The notes beneath the pieces are model-generated. The model did no database searches, had not been told where the DNA came from, and saw only the letters and a list, made by a program, of their open reading frames with translations. From an uncultured Ignavibacteria bacterium (GTDB lineage Bacteria > Zixibacteria > MSB-5A5 > UBA10806), in NCBI GenBank assembly GCA_964556975.1, contig CAZKYQ010000004.1:1-47689 (forward strand): a DNA stretch of 47,689 nt, read 5' to 3'. Each line of letters opens with the position of its first letter. The first letter of the stretch is position 1. Positions 1-9,784 of this stretch are shown in pieces. The position numbers were made by a program, and so were the translations under genes.

Positions 1-691
1 ATATTAACGCCATCCAGAAGACTCCATGAAAATGCGGTTGTTTCAAATACATAATCGTTCCGGAACCCACCCAAAACATAAGCGATCCTATCGGATTTAA
101 AAAAGAAACCGGAGACGCTGAAAGAGCCATTGCCATATCTGTGAAAGCTTTATTTATGGCGGGGATTATTACCAGTCCGAAGGACCTGCCCATAATTGCG
201 ATAGGATCAAAAAGGCCGATTTGAACGGAGCCAAGTAGAGCGAGTCCGATAATCCCAAACAAGATATAGTATTTCCAAGCCTGATATCGATGGTACTTGT
301 TGGCCTCGATCAGTCTTTTTCCTTTTCTGCTTTTTCGTTCGGATGAAAAACTTGAGAACATCTGGTTCAGCGTTCCCAGAGGGCAAATCCAACCGCAGAA
401 AAACCTTCCGAAGAAAATTGTGCCTGCTATAATGATTAATCCAGCAAACAGGCTTGGGTAAAGCACCCAGGATGATATTCCGGTCACGAAACCCGATAAC
501 GGATCTAAATTGAAAAACAGGTTAAGCCACCCCGATGGAATCGCGGTTTCTTCAGGGCTACTTGAGCCAATGAACGAAAATTCGGTCATATATAAAAGGA
601 CGATAAAAAATAGCAGAAAGATCGCTTGAGCAGAACGGCGCAACCATCGGATCTTTATTATTCTGCTGTCAGGATTGTTTTTGGTTGTCAT
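1..691 (-). CDS. NapH/MauN-type 4Fe-4S-binding polytopic membrane protein; N-terminal 230 codons only, the 3' end lies beyond the window edge
   Basis: Not in the supplied track because it runs off the window. Hand translation of the minus strand from ATG 691..689 is stop-free down to base 2: MTTKNNPDSRIIKIRWLRRSAQAIFLLFF...TIFFGRFFCGWICPLGTLNQM... It has hydrophobic segments plus the CGWICPLG (CxxxCP) motif typical of NapH/MauN/NosH-like proteins. The start overlaps the stop of the upstream DUF362 gene (ATGA at 688..691). Confidence 0.6.
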   Translation of the reverse strand, partial: MTTKNNPDSRIIKIRWLRRSAQAIFLLFFIVLLYMTEFSFIGSSSPEETAIPSGWLNLFFNLDPLSGFVTGISSWVLYPSLFAGLIIIAGTIFFGRFFCGWICPLGTLNQMFSSFSSERKSRKGKRLIEANKYHRYQAWKYYILFGIIGLALLGSVQIGLFDPIAIMGRSFGLVIIPAINKAFTDMAMALSASPVSFLNPIGSLMFWVGSGTIMYLKQPHFHGVFWMALI

Positions 692-1662
692 AAAATATCA
701 GTTTTCTCTATAAGCGAGTAACCGTCAATTTTGCCCAAACCGCGGGATTGCCCGTCGGTAAGAAAGCTTAACGAATTTGGATCAATATTTAGATATTTGC
801 ACGAATAGGAATCCGCGGCAATCTGGTCGGTGGCCGCGATGACTGTATCGTGTATTTCAACGTCCGCGAGCGAACCGCCGGCAGGACCGTTGCGAAAGAG
901 TACGCGCGTAGCGTCGACAATTATTAGAGTCGGCCTGAAAAAATCGGCAAGGTCAGCGATTGAAAGATCGATTTGCTGGTGTAGGCGATTTCGGGGGCCG
1001 CCAAGCACGCCATACCAATTTTTCATTCCCGCCGTAATTTTTGACAGGCTGTGATGTTTGACTACCGGCATGTTAATTAATTTATCCGTTTCGAGAAAGG
1101 GCCGTAAAACAGGCCATTGTCCGAGAATTTCGCCTTTGAGATCAGCGTTCACAAAATGCCGCTCTTCCGGAAAAATGATCTCCGCGCCGATTTTTTTTGA
1201 TAATTCTCCAATGCCCGATCGCCGGAAAGACCTCCTGAAATCGTTGCAGGAAACATCGGTTATAACGACCTTAGAAGCTCCGGCGTCGAAACAAAGCTTG
1301 GCGACAGCTTCGAGCAAGACCGGGTTAGTGTTGGCTCCCTGGGCGGAAGTTCTGTCCCATCCTATGTTGGGTTTCAAGGTTACGATATCGCCGGTGGAAA
1401 TGAATCTATCAATGCCGCCTATTAAACCAATCGCCATTATTATTGCTTGGGAATGGTCGAGGGATTTTATGCTGACAACATCGGGGTAGTCCGAATTCGA
1501 GAGAACCGATCTATCGCCGGTGAATATGCCTGCTGTCGAATCCGGGGTTTTATAAACATTTTTGGAAACGATATATTCGCCCGCGCCAAAAGCGGCTGTC
1601 AACAAAGACGCTTTTCCGGCTAATTTAATGAAATCACGGCGCTTGATGCTTTTGTCACGCAT
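688..1662 (-). CDS. DUF362 domain protein with twin-arginine (Tat) signal peptide
   Basis: 324-aa ORF. The N-terminus MRDKSIKRRDFIKLAGKASLLTAAFGAG is a classic Tat signal. VTLKPNIGWDR and MPVVKHHSLSKITAGMKNWYG resemble conserved DUF362 blocks. Confidence 0.65.
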   Translation of the reverse strand: MRDKSIKRRDFIKLAGKASLLTAAFGAGEYIVSKNVYKTPDSTAGIFTGDRSVLSNSDYPDVVSIKSLDHSQAIIMAIGLIGGIDRFISTGDIVTLKPNIGWDRTSAQGANTNPVLLEAVAKLCFDAGASKVVITDVSCNDFRRSFRRSGIGELSKKIGAEIIFPEERHFVNADLKGEILGQWPVLRPFLETDKLINMPVVKHHSLSKITAGMKNWYGVLGGPRNRLHQQIDLSIADLADFFRPTLIIVDATRVLFRNGPAGGSLADVEIHDTVIAATDQIAADSYSCKYLNIDPNSLSFLTDGQSRGLGKIDGYSLIEKTDIL

Positions 1663-1921
1663 TCGGTTTCTCCATTGAACTTAAATATTGCATTAATATA
1701 CGCATTAGGCAAGAAATTGGTTGGTAAATATGCCCTGATTCTATTATTGCGAAAGCGAAAATAAACTCCATAATTGCAAAAAATCGCTTGTTTTTAGTTA
1801 TTGAAGATATACTTTTATTAGCTTCAATTTGGATATGAAAGGTAAAAGAGGACTTAGGCAAAAACAGACTGAAATAAAGATAATTAATTTGGATTCTATT
1901 TGTCCGATATCTTTAAACGGC

Positions 1922-1947
1922 AAGCGGGTTTACCCCGTTTTTATTTT
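1922..1947 (+). terminator. Intrinsic-terminator-like hairpin plus U-tract inside the valS 5' leader
   Basis: Stem AAGCGGG (1922..1928) pairs with CCCGTTT (1934..1940): 7 bp including one G-U. Loop is TTTAC, followed by TTATTTT (1941..1947). It ends 29 nt before the valS ATG, and there is no upstream plus-strand gene for it to terminate. Confidence 0.35.
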
Positions 1948-1975
1948 GGAGAGATAAATTCCAACAGGCGAAAGC

Positions 1976-4636
1976 ATGTCAAAAGAAATACCAAAAACGT
2001 ACGATCCGAAAAAGGCAGAAGAGGTCTGGTATTCTAAGTGGGAAAGCTCAGGTCTTTTTCATGGGAATACAGAATCGGGAAAAAAGCCATATTCGATAGT
2101 TATCCCGCCGCCTAACGTAACGGACATTCTCCATCTTGGCCATGCGTTAAATAATACGCTTCAGGATATACTTATTCGCTGGAAACGCTCGATGGGATTT
2201 GAAGCGGAGTGGATGCCGGGCATTGACCACGCCGGAATCGCAACACAGGTTGTAGTAGAAAAAAACCTGAACAAAGCGGGCATATCCCGCCAGAAAATGG
2301 GCAGGGAAAAATTCATAAAAAAGGTCTGGGACTGGAAAGAAGAAAAATTCGATTTAATTCTGAATCAGTTAAAACGCATAGGGTGCAGTTGTGATTGGGA
2401 GCGCAAAAGATTTACAATGGACGAAGGTTTATCGCGCGCTGTTAAAGAGGTATTTATCCGCCTCTATGATAAAGGCCTGATTTACAGGGGGAACAGGCTG
2501 GTCAATTGGTGTCCCCGATGTTTAACAACGCTTTCTGATGACGAGCTTGAACGCGAAGATATCGATACGCATCTTTGGTATATTAAGTACAAAATAAAAG
2601 GTTCTGACAGGTATCTCACTGTTGCCACTACAAGGCCGGAGACAATGCTTGGAGATACCGGGATCGCGGTCAATCCTGATGACGCGCGGTATATTGACCT
2701 CGTCGGGAAATCGGCGATATTGCCGATTCTTGATCGGGAACTGCCTATTATAGCTGACAATTATGTAGATAAGGAATTCGGTACGGGCGCTGTCAAGGTC
2801 ACACCCGCCCACGATCCTAACGATTTTGAGATTGGCAACAGGCATAATCTGGAAAAACTGAATATCCTCAATTCAGACGGCACATTGAATGAAAATGCCG
2901 GTAAATTTGCCGGAAAAGACAGATATATTGTCAGAAGAAAACTTGTTGAGGAATTGAAAGAACGGGGATTTCTGGAAAAGATTGAAGATCATAGGCTTGC
3001 TGTTGCCACCTGCTATCGGTGTAATACGGTTATTGAGCCGTATTTATCCATCCAATGGTTTGTTAAAATGAAACCACTGGCAAAACCGGCAATTGAGGCC
3101 CTGAAGACCGGCGACCTAAAATTCCATCCGGCGCATTGGTCGAAAACATATCTTTACTGGCTGGAGAATATAAGAGATTGGTGTATTTCCCGCCAGCTTT
3201 GGTGGGGTCATCGTATTCCGGTATACCATTGCAAAGAATGCGGCGAGATTATGGTAAAAGCCGAAGCACCGACAGAATGCGTTAAATGCAAATCAGCGAA
3301 AATCGAGCAAGACCCCGATGTTTTAGATACCTGGTTTTCGTCATGGCTCTGGCCATTTTCTACATTTGGATGGCCGGATGATACTCCTGAATTACAGAAG
3401 TTCTTTCCCACAAAAGCGTTATTTACGGCATCCGAGATTATCTATCTCTGGGTGGCGCGGATGATTATGGCCTCTTATGAATTTACAGGTAAAATACCGT
3501 TTAATGACGTTTATATACATGGTACGGTTCGGGATGCTCTTGGCGAGAAGATGTCAAAATCAAAGGGCAATGGAATTGACCCAATAGAGATAATCGATAA
3601 ATTTGGAGCGGATGCCCTTCGTATCTCAATAATTCTTGCCACGCCTGAGGGACAGGACCCGTTTATTGATGAAAAGAGTTTTGAGATAGGAAGGAATTTC
3701 GCAAATAAAATCTGGAATGCTTCAAGATTTGTAATAACGAATTTCAACGGCTACAAATATGAAACTAAAATTTCCGCTGATCCGGAAGACCTGGAATTGC
3801 CCGATATCTGGATTCTATCCCAGCTTGCGAAAACCATAGGCCAGGTAAATAATTATCTTTCCGGCTATCGTTTTAACACCGCGGCTAAAACAGCCTATGA
3901 TTTTATCTGGAAAGATTTTTGCGACTGGTATCTTGAAATGATAAAGCCGAGGCTGGCAAATGGCCAATCCGAAGATGTAAAGAACAAAGCAAGGATGGTA
4001 TCAGGATATGTTCTTGTGCAGATTTTAAGGCTCCTTCATCCGTTCATGCCGTATGTGACGGAGGAGATTTATCACAATCTGCCTGATGTTGGCGAAGATG
4101 ATTTACTGAACGATCTTGGCTGGCCGGAACCGCGGTTGAAATATTGTGATGATAAATTGGAGAAGGATTTTGAACTTGTCCAGATAATCATTGGCGCTAT
4201 AAGAAATATCAGGGCCGAAATGGATGTTCCACCGGGGAAAAAAGCGGATGTGCTGATAAAAACATCGGACGCGAACGTCATCAAGATTCTTGAGGATCAA
4301 GAAACACAGCTAATGGTGCTGGGTAGAATAAAAAACCTGTCGGTTGGCGAGGATATAAAAAAACCGCCGCTATCAGCTTCAAGCGTAATCGCGGTAGGCG
4401 AGATTTATATTCCTCTTGAGGGGCTCATCGACCTTGAAAGCGAACGAGAAAGGCTGTCAAAGGAACTTGAGAAACAAAAACAGTATCTTGAGCGGGTAAA
4501 AAAGAAACTGTCAAATAGCGATTTTCTTGATCGAGCGCCATCGGAGATTATCGACGCGGAAAAAGAAAAACTGGCTCTCGCGGAAGAAAGCATTAACAAG
4601 CTTAATAAAAACCTGGAATCTCTCGCGGGGTGGTAG
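1976..4636 (+). CDS. valS: Valine--tRNA ligase
   Basis: 886 aa. Class I HIGH motif (LHLGHALN) and KMSKS motif (KMSKSKGN). Typical ValRS N-terminus (PKTYDPKKAEEVWY) and C-terminal coiled coil. Confidence 0.97.
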   Translation: MSKEIPKTYDPKKAEEVWYSKWESSGLFHGNTESGKKPYSIVIPPPNVTDILHLGHALNNTLQDILIRWKRSMGFEAEWMPGIDHAGIATQVVVEKNLNKAGISRQKMGREKFIKKVWDWKEEKFDLILNQLKRIGCSCDWERKRFTMDEGLSRAVKEVFIRLYDKGLIYRGNRLVNWCPRCLTTLSDDELEREDIDTHLWYIKYKIKGSDRYLTVATTRPETMLGDTGIAVNPDDARYIDLVGKSAILPILDRELPIIADNYVDKEFGTGAVKVTPAHDPNDFEIGNRHNLEKLNILNSDGTLNENAGKFAGKDRYIVRRKLVEELKERGFLEKIEDHRLAVATCYRCNTVIEPYLSIQWFVKMKPLAKPAIEALKTGDLKFHPAHWSKTYLYWLENIRDWCISRQLWWGHRIPVYHCKECGEIMVKAEAPTECVKCKSAKIEQDPDVLDTWFSSWLWPFSTFGWPDDTPELQKFFPTKALFTASEIIYLWVARMIMASYEFTGKIPFNDVYIHGTVRDALGEKMSKSKGNGIDPIEIIDKFGADALRISIILATPEGQDPFIDEKSFEIGRNFANKIWNASRFVITNFNGYKYETKISADPEDLELPDIWILSQLAKTIGQVNNYLSGYRFNTAAKTAYDFIWKDFCDWYLEMIKPRLANGQSEDVKNKARMVSGYVLVQILRLLHPFMPYVTEEIYHNLPDVGEDDLLNDLGWPEPRLKYCDDKLEKDFELVQIIIGAIRNIRAEMDVPPGKKADVLIKTSDANVIKILEDQETQLMVLGRIKNLSVGEDIKKPPLSASSVIAVGEIYIPLEGLIDLESERERLSKELEKQKQYLERVKKKLSNSDFLDRAPSEIIDAEKEKLALAEESINKLNKNLESLAGW

Positions 4637-4785
4637 AATACAACGTTTTATTTTAGGTAATTCCTCATTTTTTCTTTTATTTTCAGCAAAAAATATGTTG
4701 CCCGATATGCAATTATGAAATATGATGGAATACGCGTTGAGTTGAAGCGTATCATATAGGAAACGCTTTAACACGGGAGGTAAAG

Positions 4786-6156
4786 ATGAAGAAATTTATT
4801 CTAATAATGGCAGCGGGTTTATTATTCGCTTCGGCTGCTGGCGCGGATGATGTCGCGTTGACTATTTACAATAATAATCTTGGATTGGTAAAACAGGCGC
4901 GTACGCTGGAATTCGATAAAGGCATCGGGTCGGTAAAATTCGATGATGTGGCGGCATTAATTGATCCGACATCGGTTCACATAAACCCGGCGTCTTCGGA
5001 AATCGCGATTCTGGAGCAGAACTACCAATACGATCTTATCAGCACGCAAAAGATGATGCAGAGATATCTTGGCGAGGATATCAGCCTGCTGACCGAAAAC
5101 GGCGACCTGCATCGCGGCAAGCTTCTTTCATTCGACGGCAAATTTATAATGCTGAAAAGCTCCTCCGGCGAGATAACTATAACCAACGCCGAGCAGGTTG
5201 TAGATTATCGCTTCGGTAAATTGCCCGAAGGATTAATACTCAAGCCAACCCTTGTATGGCTTACTGAGGCTGATAAAAAACAAAAATCTGAATGCGAAGT
5301 CAGTTATCTTACCGACGGATTGAACTGGCATGCTGAATACGTGGCTGTAGTTGATAAGGACGATGAGAATCTTGATTTATCAGGCTGGGTTTCTATCGAT
5401 AACAAAAGCGGAGCAACCTATAAAAACGCGGCTTTGAAGCTCGTAGCTGGTGATGTACACAGGGTAACCGAGAGGCCTCGAAGGGGACGTCAGGTACTGG
5501 ATTATGCGGGTAGTGCGAAAATAGCAGGCGCTCCGCAATTCGAGGAAGAATCATTTTTCGAGTATCATCTCTATTCTCTCCAACGCCCCGCGACAGTGGC
5601 AGATAATGAGATCAAACAGCTTTCTCTTTTCCCGGAAACGAAAACTACCGCGAAAAAAGTCTTTACGCTGGAAAGCCAATTCTCCGGCTGGAGACAGCAA
5701 AGAGGAAAATCGAAGATCAAGGTGAACCTCGAATTTGTTAATTCCAAAGAGCGCGGTCTGGGAATGCCGCTTCCCAAAGGCAAGCTGAGGGTCTACAAGG
5801 CCGATAGTAAGGGCGATCTGCAATTTATTGGCGAAGATTTGATCGATCATACGCCGAAAAATGAAAAAGTCAGGGTTTTTCTTGGCGAGGCTTTTGATAT
5901 AACCGGCGAGAGGAAAAAGACCAACGTGGTGGACTTGGGCGAGTGGCATAAACGTGAAACTTATGAAATCAAGATAAAAAACCACAAGGATGAGGATATA
6001 GAGGTAACAGTTGTAGAATCGGCGCCGGGCTGGTTTGAGTGGCATATAACCGGGTCTAATTATGAACATGAAAAAGTCAGCGCGTATAAGGTTGAGTTTC
6101 AGGTGCCGGTGAAATCGGATGATGAAGAAGTATTAACATATACTATTGAGTACTAA
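4786..6156 (+). CDS. Secreted DUF4140/DUF4139 family protein (MuiA-like), function unknown
   Basis: 456 aa. Signal peptide MKKFILIMAAGLLFASAAGA. N-terminal block VALTIYNNNLGLVKQARTLEFDKGIGSVKFDDVAALIDPTSVHI resembles DUF4140. GGGAGG Shine-Dalgarno sequence upstream. Confidence 0.6.
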   Translation: MKKFILIMAAGLLFASAAGADDVALTIYNNNLGLVKQARTLEFDKGIGSVKFDDVAALIDPTSVHINPASSEIAILEQNYQYDLISTQKMMQRYLGEDISLLTENGDLHRGKLLSFDGKFIMLKSSSGEITITNAEQVVDYRFGKLPEGLILKPTLVWLTEADKKQKSECEVSYLTDGLNWHAEYVAVVDKDDENLDLSGWVSIDNKSGATYKNAALKLVAGDVHRVTERPRRGRQVLDYAGSAKIAGAPQFEEESFFEYHLYSLQRPATVADNEIKQLSLFPETKTTAKKVFTLESQFSGWRQQRGKSKIKVNLEFVNSKERGLGMPLPKGKLRVYKADSKGDLQFIGEDLIDHTPKNEKVRVFLGEAFDITGERKKTNVVDLGEWHKRETYEIKIKNHKDEDIEVTVVESAPGWFEWHITGSNYEHEKVSAYKVEFQVPVKSDDEEVLTYTIEY

Positions 6157-6168
6157 GATGGAGGAAAA

Positions 6169-7188
6169 ATGAGAAGAGGTTGGCTTAAAACAGCCGTACT
6201 TTTGATGGTGGTTGTGTTTATGGTTGCCGGTTGCTCAAATAAATGGGTCACATCCGGTAAAATTGCCATGAACGGAAAGAGGTACGATAAGGCGATTTCC
6301 GATTTCAATATGGCGATAAAGGAAAACCCTGAAAACGGCGAGGCGCATTTTTATATAGCATCCTGCTATTTGGAAAAAGAAGAATATAAAAATATGCTCA
6401 TTCATGTTGAAGCCGCTGAAAGGCTATATCTTAAAGGGGAAAAAAAGCTAAAAGAGTTTAGGGCTGAAGCGTGGAGAAAATTGTTCGAAGCCGGCAGAGA
6501 ATACGCGGATTCCAAGAAATGGGAAGCTTCCCGCGATAAATTCGAGTTAGCTTTACAAATCAACCCAGAGAGGTATGAAGCTTACACAAATGCCGGCTTT
6601 GTCTGGCAGTACCTCGAGAATAACGATTCAGCATTTTCTTATTATACAAAGGCGTATGAAATAGCTCCTGATGAGATTGCAGTTTTGGAAAACTACGCAA
6701 GCCTCTGTTTTAATATAAACAAGCTTGATATTGCCGAAGGCCTCTATCAAAAAATTCTAATAGCAGATCCCCAAAACGCGACCGCAAAAGCAAGGCTCGG
6801 CGATATTTACGGTCAGAAAAAGGAATTTCAAAAAGCCGTAGATTATTACAATCAGGCCCTTGAGTTGGAAAGCGATAACTGCAACTTATGGTTTAATCTG
6901 GGTGTTCTTTATTTTCGCGAATTGAAAGACAATGACAGCGCCATACAAGCGTTTTCGAGGTCCGTTGATTTATGTCCGGAAGACGCGAATGGGCAAATAA
7001 ATCTTTGCGTAGCATATATCGAAGCCGAAAAGTTCGACGAGGCGCAGAATAGGCTGGAAACTTTAACTGAAGATTTCCCCGGAGAGTGCGCCGGTTGGGA
7101 TTTATATTTTAAAGTCCTGATGAAAAAAGGATTGAGAAAACAGGCGCAGGAAGCCTTTAAAAAATACGAAGATTGCTCTGGTAAATAA
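6169..7188 (+). CDS. TPR-repeat lipoprotein
   Basis: 339 aa. Lipobox MVAGC after a hydrophobic signal. Multiple TPR-like A..Y...A......P helices. 12-nt gap after the DUF4139 gene and GGAGG Shine-Dalgarno sequence. Confidence 0.75.
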   Translation: MRRGWLKTAVLLMVVVFMVAGCSNKWVTSGKIAMNGKRYDKAISDFNMAIKENPENGEAHFYIASCYLEKEEYKNMLIHVEAAERLYLKGEKKLKEFRAEAWRKLFEAGREYADSKKWEASRDKFELALQINPERYEAYTNAGFVWQYLENNDSAFSYYTKAYEIAPDEIAVLENYASLCFNINKLDIAEGLYQKILIADPQNATAKARLGDIYGQKKEFQKAVDYYNQALELESDNCNLWFNLGVLYFRELKDNDSAIQAFSRSVDLCPEDANGQINLCVAYIEAEKFDEAQNRLETLTEDFPGECAGWDLYFKVLMKKGLRKQAQEAFKKYEDCSGK

Positions 7189-7214
7189 AACTGCAATCGC
7201 AAGCTCACAAAGAC

Positions 7215-7255
7215 GGCAGCCTAATCGATTCTCTCGTTTGGGCTGCCTTTAATTT
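7215..7255 (+). terminator. Rho-independent terminator after the TPR lipoprotein gene
   Basis: GGCAGCC (7215..7221) pairs with GGCTGCC (7241..7247), followed by TTTAATTT. It lies 27 nt after the stop at 7188. Confidence 0.5.
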
Positions 7256-7270
7256 CTAAAAGAAGTTACG

Positions 7271-9718
7271 ATGTATGTTAAGGCAGCGTTCCCAATACCC
7301 CATATAAATTATTTCACATATAAGGTTCCAGATGATTTATCAGCTCTTGTAAAGCCAGGAATGCTGTGTATAGCGCCATTTGGAAATCAGTCCGCTGTGG
7401 GCGTGATATTGGAATCTACGGACAATAGCGGTCTTCCTGAAAAGGACATCAGGAGCATAACAGGGCTTGGCGACCAAAACCTTTCTTTATCTCCGGAGAT
7501 ATTGAAGCTAATTTCTATAACAGCCAATAGATATAGCACAACGCCCGGCATAGTTCTTAGAACCGCGTTGCCGCCGGGGTCGCTGCAGCGGAAAAAGGCG
7601 TATTTTTATCCCGGGCCTGTTTCAAGCGCGGGTTCTGCTTCGAAAGAAGCTGTTGAATTTGTTTCGAGAGTGCGCGAATCTCCGGGTCGATTTTCATTTG
7701 CCGATTTGAAAAAGTTCGGAAATTTAAGCCGGGCCGCCGCGGATGATTTAGTATTGAAAGGCGTTATTTCGTTATCGCCCTTTAAATCTTCAAGAAAAAT
7801 AACTGAAAAGGGTTTTGAACGCTGGATAAAACCGTCTGCCAAAAGCCTATTGGAATTACCGAAATTAGGCGAAAAATCAAGATTGTTGATGGAGTTTCTT
7901 ATTAATCATAAAGAAGGGGCCAAATATTCAGATCTAAAGGAGTTGGGATATTCAGCATCTTCGGCCTTGACCTTACATAAGAAGGGGCTGATAGAATACG
8001 AGAATAGAGAAAAAAAACTGCCCGTTTCAGGCGGTTTGAAATCATTGGGACAGGAAAAGATTGTTGAGCTAACGCTCTGGCAGAGATCGGCGATGGAGCA
8101 GATCGGACTGGCCTTGAATTCAGGTGATTATCGCGGATTTCTTTTATACGGCGTTACGTCTTCGGGGAAAACCCAGGTATATCTGGAGGCGGCAAAAATC
8201 GCGTTAGGCAAAGGGAAATCGGTCCTTGTGCTTGTGCCGGAGATATCCTTAACGCCCCAAATAGTAGAAAGATTTGAGAGGTTTTTGGATATCAAGCCCC
8301 TGGTCTGGCATTCAAACCTCAACCCCGCGGAGAAATATTTAATCTACAAGTTGGCCAGGTCGGGTAAAGGACGCCTTTTGATTGGGGCGAGATCAGCGAT
8401 ATTCTCTCCGATTGAGAACCTGGGTTTGATAATTGTTGACGAGGAGCAAGACGGTTCTTACAAACAGGACGATCCCGCGCCGAGATATAATGCCAGAGAT
8501 TTGGCTATTGAACGGGGGAAGATCACAGGAGCTGCCGTGATTCTCGGTTCCGCCACTCCTTCCTGTGAATCATACCATGCGGCCCAATCAGGACGGCTTG
8601 AGTTATTAAGCTTGCCACAGAGAGTAACCGGCGGCCCCGGTCCTGAGATTAAAATAATATCGACATTAAGAGATCCCGAAAAGGACGCCAATAAGCCCCC
8701 GATATTTCCAAGCGGTTTCTGGCCGATATCGGCTTCGCTTTACGAGGAATTGTCAATCAGGCTAAAAAACAGGGAGCAAATAATTATTCTGCTCAATAGG
8801 CGGGGCTATTCGTCTTCGCTTATATGTTTTGAATGCGGTTGGCTGGGGAAGTGCCCCGATTGCGAGATCGGCTGGACATACCATAAGACAGGCCATAAGC
8901 TTGTATGCCATTTTTGCGGTAAAGAAAAAAAAGGCCTTTCAATTTGCCCGAATTGTAATTCAACCAAATTGAGCTTTAGAGGGGCGGGCACACAGAGGCT
9001 TGAAGAAAGCCTGCAATCTCTTTTCCCGAACGCGAAAATCGAGAGGCTTGATTCCGATATAGCCTCTAAAAAATGGGAATCGAAAAAAGTATTGGACAGG
9101 TTTGGACGGGGAGAGTTTCAAGTCCTTTTAGGAACGCAAATGGTGGCAAAGGGGCATCATTTTCCGAAAGTGGGATTTGTGGCGGTTATCGGCGCGGATA
9201 TCGGCATCTCGCTTCCTGATTTTCGGGCTTCAGAAAAGGTACTGCAACTTTTGATTCAAGCCGCAGGCAGGGCGGGCAGGTCGGCGAAGAAAAAGTCTAA
9301 AGGGATGATGATAGCGCAAACATATTCGCCTAATGACCCCGTGTTTAATTATTTAATAAATAACGATTACACCGGCTTTTTGGACTGTGAAATGAAATTT
9401 CGAAAGGAATTAAATTATCCTCCGTTTTGTAAAATTATTTTTATAGTCGTTTCATCGCCGGATAAGGTAAAGGCCAAAACAAAAGCTGAAAATCTGAAAA
9501 GTCGAATAGACAGTATTACTGCCGAAAATAATATCAACGCGCTTGGGCCGGCCCAGGCCCCGATTTTCAGAAGAGGGAGGCTTTACCGCTATCAAATTCT
9601 TCTAAAAGTCGGCATTGGGTCGGAACCGGCACTATTATTTGACAGTATTAATAAATTTTCGAAAGGTCTAAAAGGGGTTTCGATAAAACTGGATGTAGAT
9701 CCCTGGTCGTTTATGTAA
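7271..9718 (+). CDS. priA: Primosomal protein N' (replication restart helicase PriA)
   Basis: 815 aa. Walker A GVTSSGKTQVY, DEEQD box, Cys-rich zinc module CFECGWLGKCPDCEIGWTYH...CHFCG...CPNCNS, C-terminal helicase motifs (QAAGRAGR). Confidence 0.93.
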   Translation: MYVKAAFPIPHINYFTYKVPDDLSALVKPGMLCIAPFGNQSAVGVILESTDNSGLPEKDIRSITGLGDQNLSLSPEILKLISITANRYSTTPGIVLRTALPPGSLQRKKAYFYPGPVSSAGSASKEAVEFVSRVRESPGRFSFADLKKFGNLSRAAADDLVLKGVISLSPFKSSRKITEKGFERWIKPSAKSLLELPKLGEKSRLLMEFLINHKEGAKYSDLKELGYSASSALTLHKKGLIEYENREKKLPVSGGLKSLGQEKIVELTLWQRSAMEQIGLALNSGDYRGFLLYGVTSSGKTQVYLEAAKIALGKGKSVLVLVPEISLTPQIVERFERFLDIKPLVWHSNLNPAEKYLIYKLARSGKGRLLIGARSAIFSPIENLGLIIVDEEQDGSYKQDDPAPRYNARDLAIERGKITGAAVILGSATPSCESYHAAQSGRLELLSLPQRVTGGPGPEIKIISTLRDPEKDANKPPIFPSGFWPISASLYEELSIRLKNREQIIILLNRRGYSSSLICFECGWLGKCPDCEIGWTYHKTGHKLVCHFCGKEKKGLSICPNCNSTKLSFRGAGTQRLEESLQSLFPNAKIERLDSDIASKKWESKKVLDRFGRGEFQVLLGTQMVAKGHHFPKVGFVAVIGADIGISLPDFRASEKVLQLLIQAAGRAGRSAKKKSKGMMIAQTYSPNDPVFNYLINNDYTGFLDCEMKFRKELNYPPFCKIIFIVVSSPDKVKAKTKAENLKSRIDSITAENNINALGPAQAPIFRRGRLYRYQILLKVGIGSEPALLFDSINKFSKGLKGVSIKLDVDPWSFM

Positions 9719-9784
9719 TCCTTGACCTAAAGGATCCAATATTCTTAATTGACGTACTAATGAACAGAACCGAGAGGCAAAGTA

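Noticed and set aside
207-392. 61-aa minus-strand ORF from the track
   Set aside because: It is in the wrong frame. The same region is covered by the longer edge-truncated NapH-like frame (1..691), which carries the CGWICPLG motif and an ATGA coupling to the upstream gene.
830-1489. Two plus-strand ORFs (74 and 143 aa) and the 68-aa ORF at 1655..1861
   Set aside because: They are antisense to, or overlap, the DUF362 gene and its start. Their translations are Arg/Ser-rich or otherwise featureless.
1663-1975. T-box riboswitch upstream of valS
   Set aside because: An aminoacyl-tRNA synthetase leader with a terminator suggested a T-box. However, I could not find the conserved T-box sequence (AANNNGGGUGGNACCGCG-like), and a roughly 110-nt leader before the hairpin is short for the stem I/specifier architecture. 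I kept it only as a generic attenuator candidate.
5551-6069. 172-aa ORF antisense to the DUF4139 gene
   Set aside because: Shadow ORF. The plus-strand frame has a signal peptide, a Shine-Dalgarno sequence and family-like blocks; the antisense frame has none.
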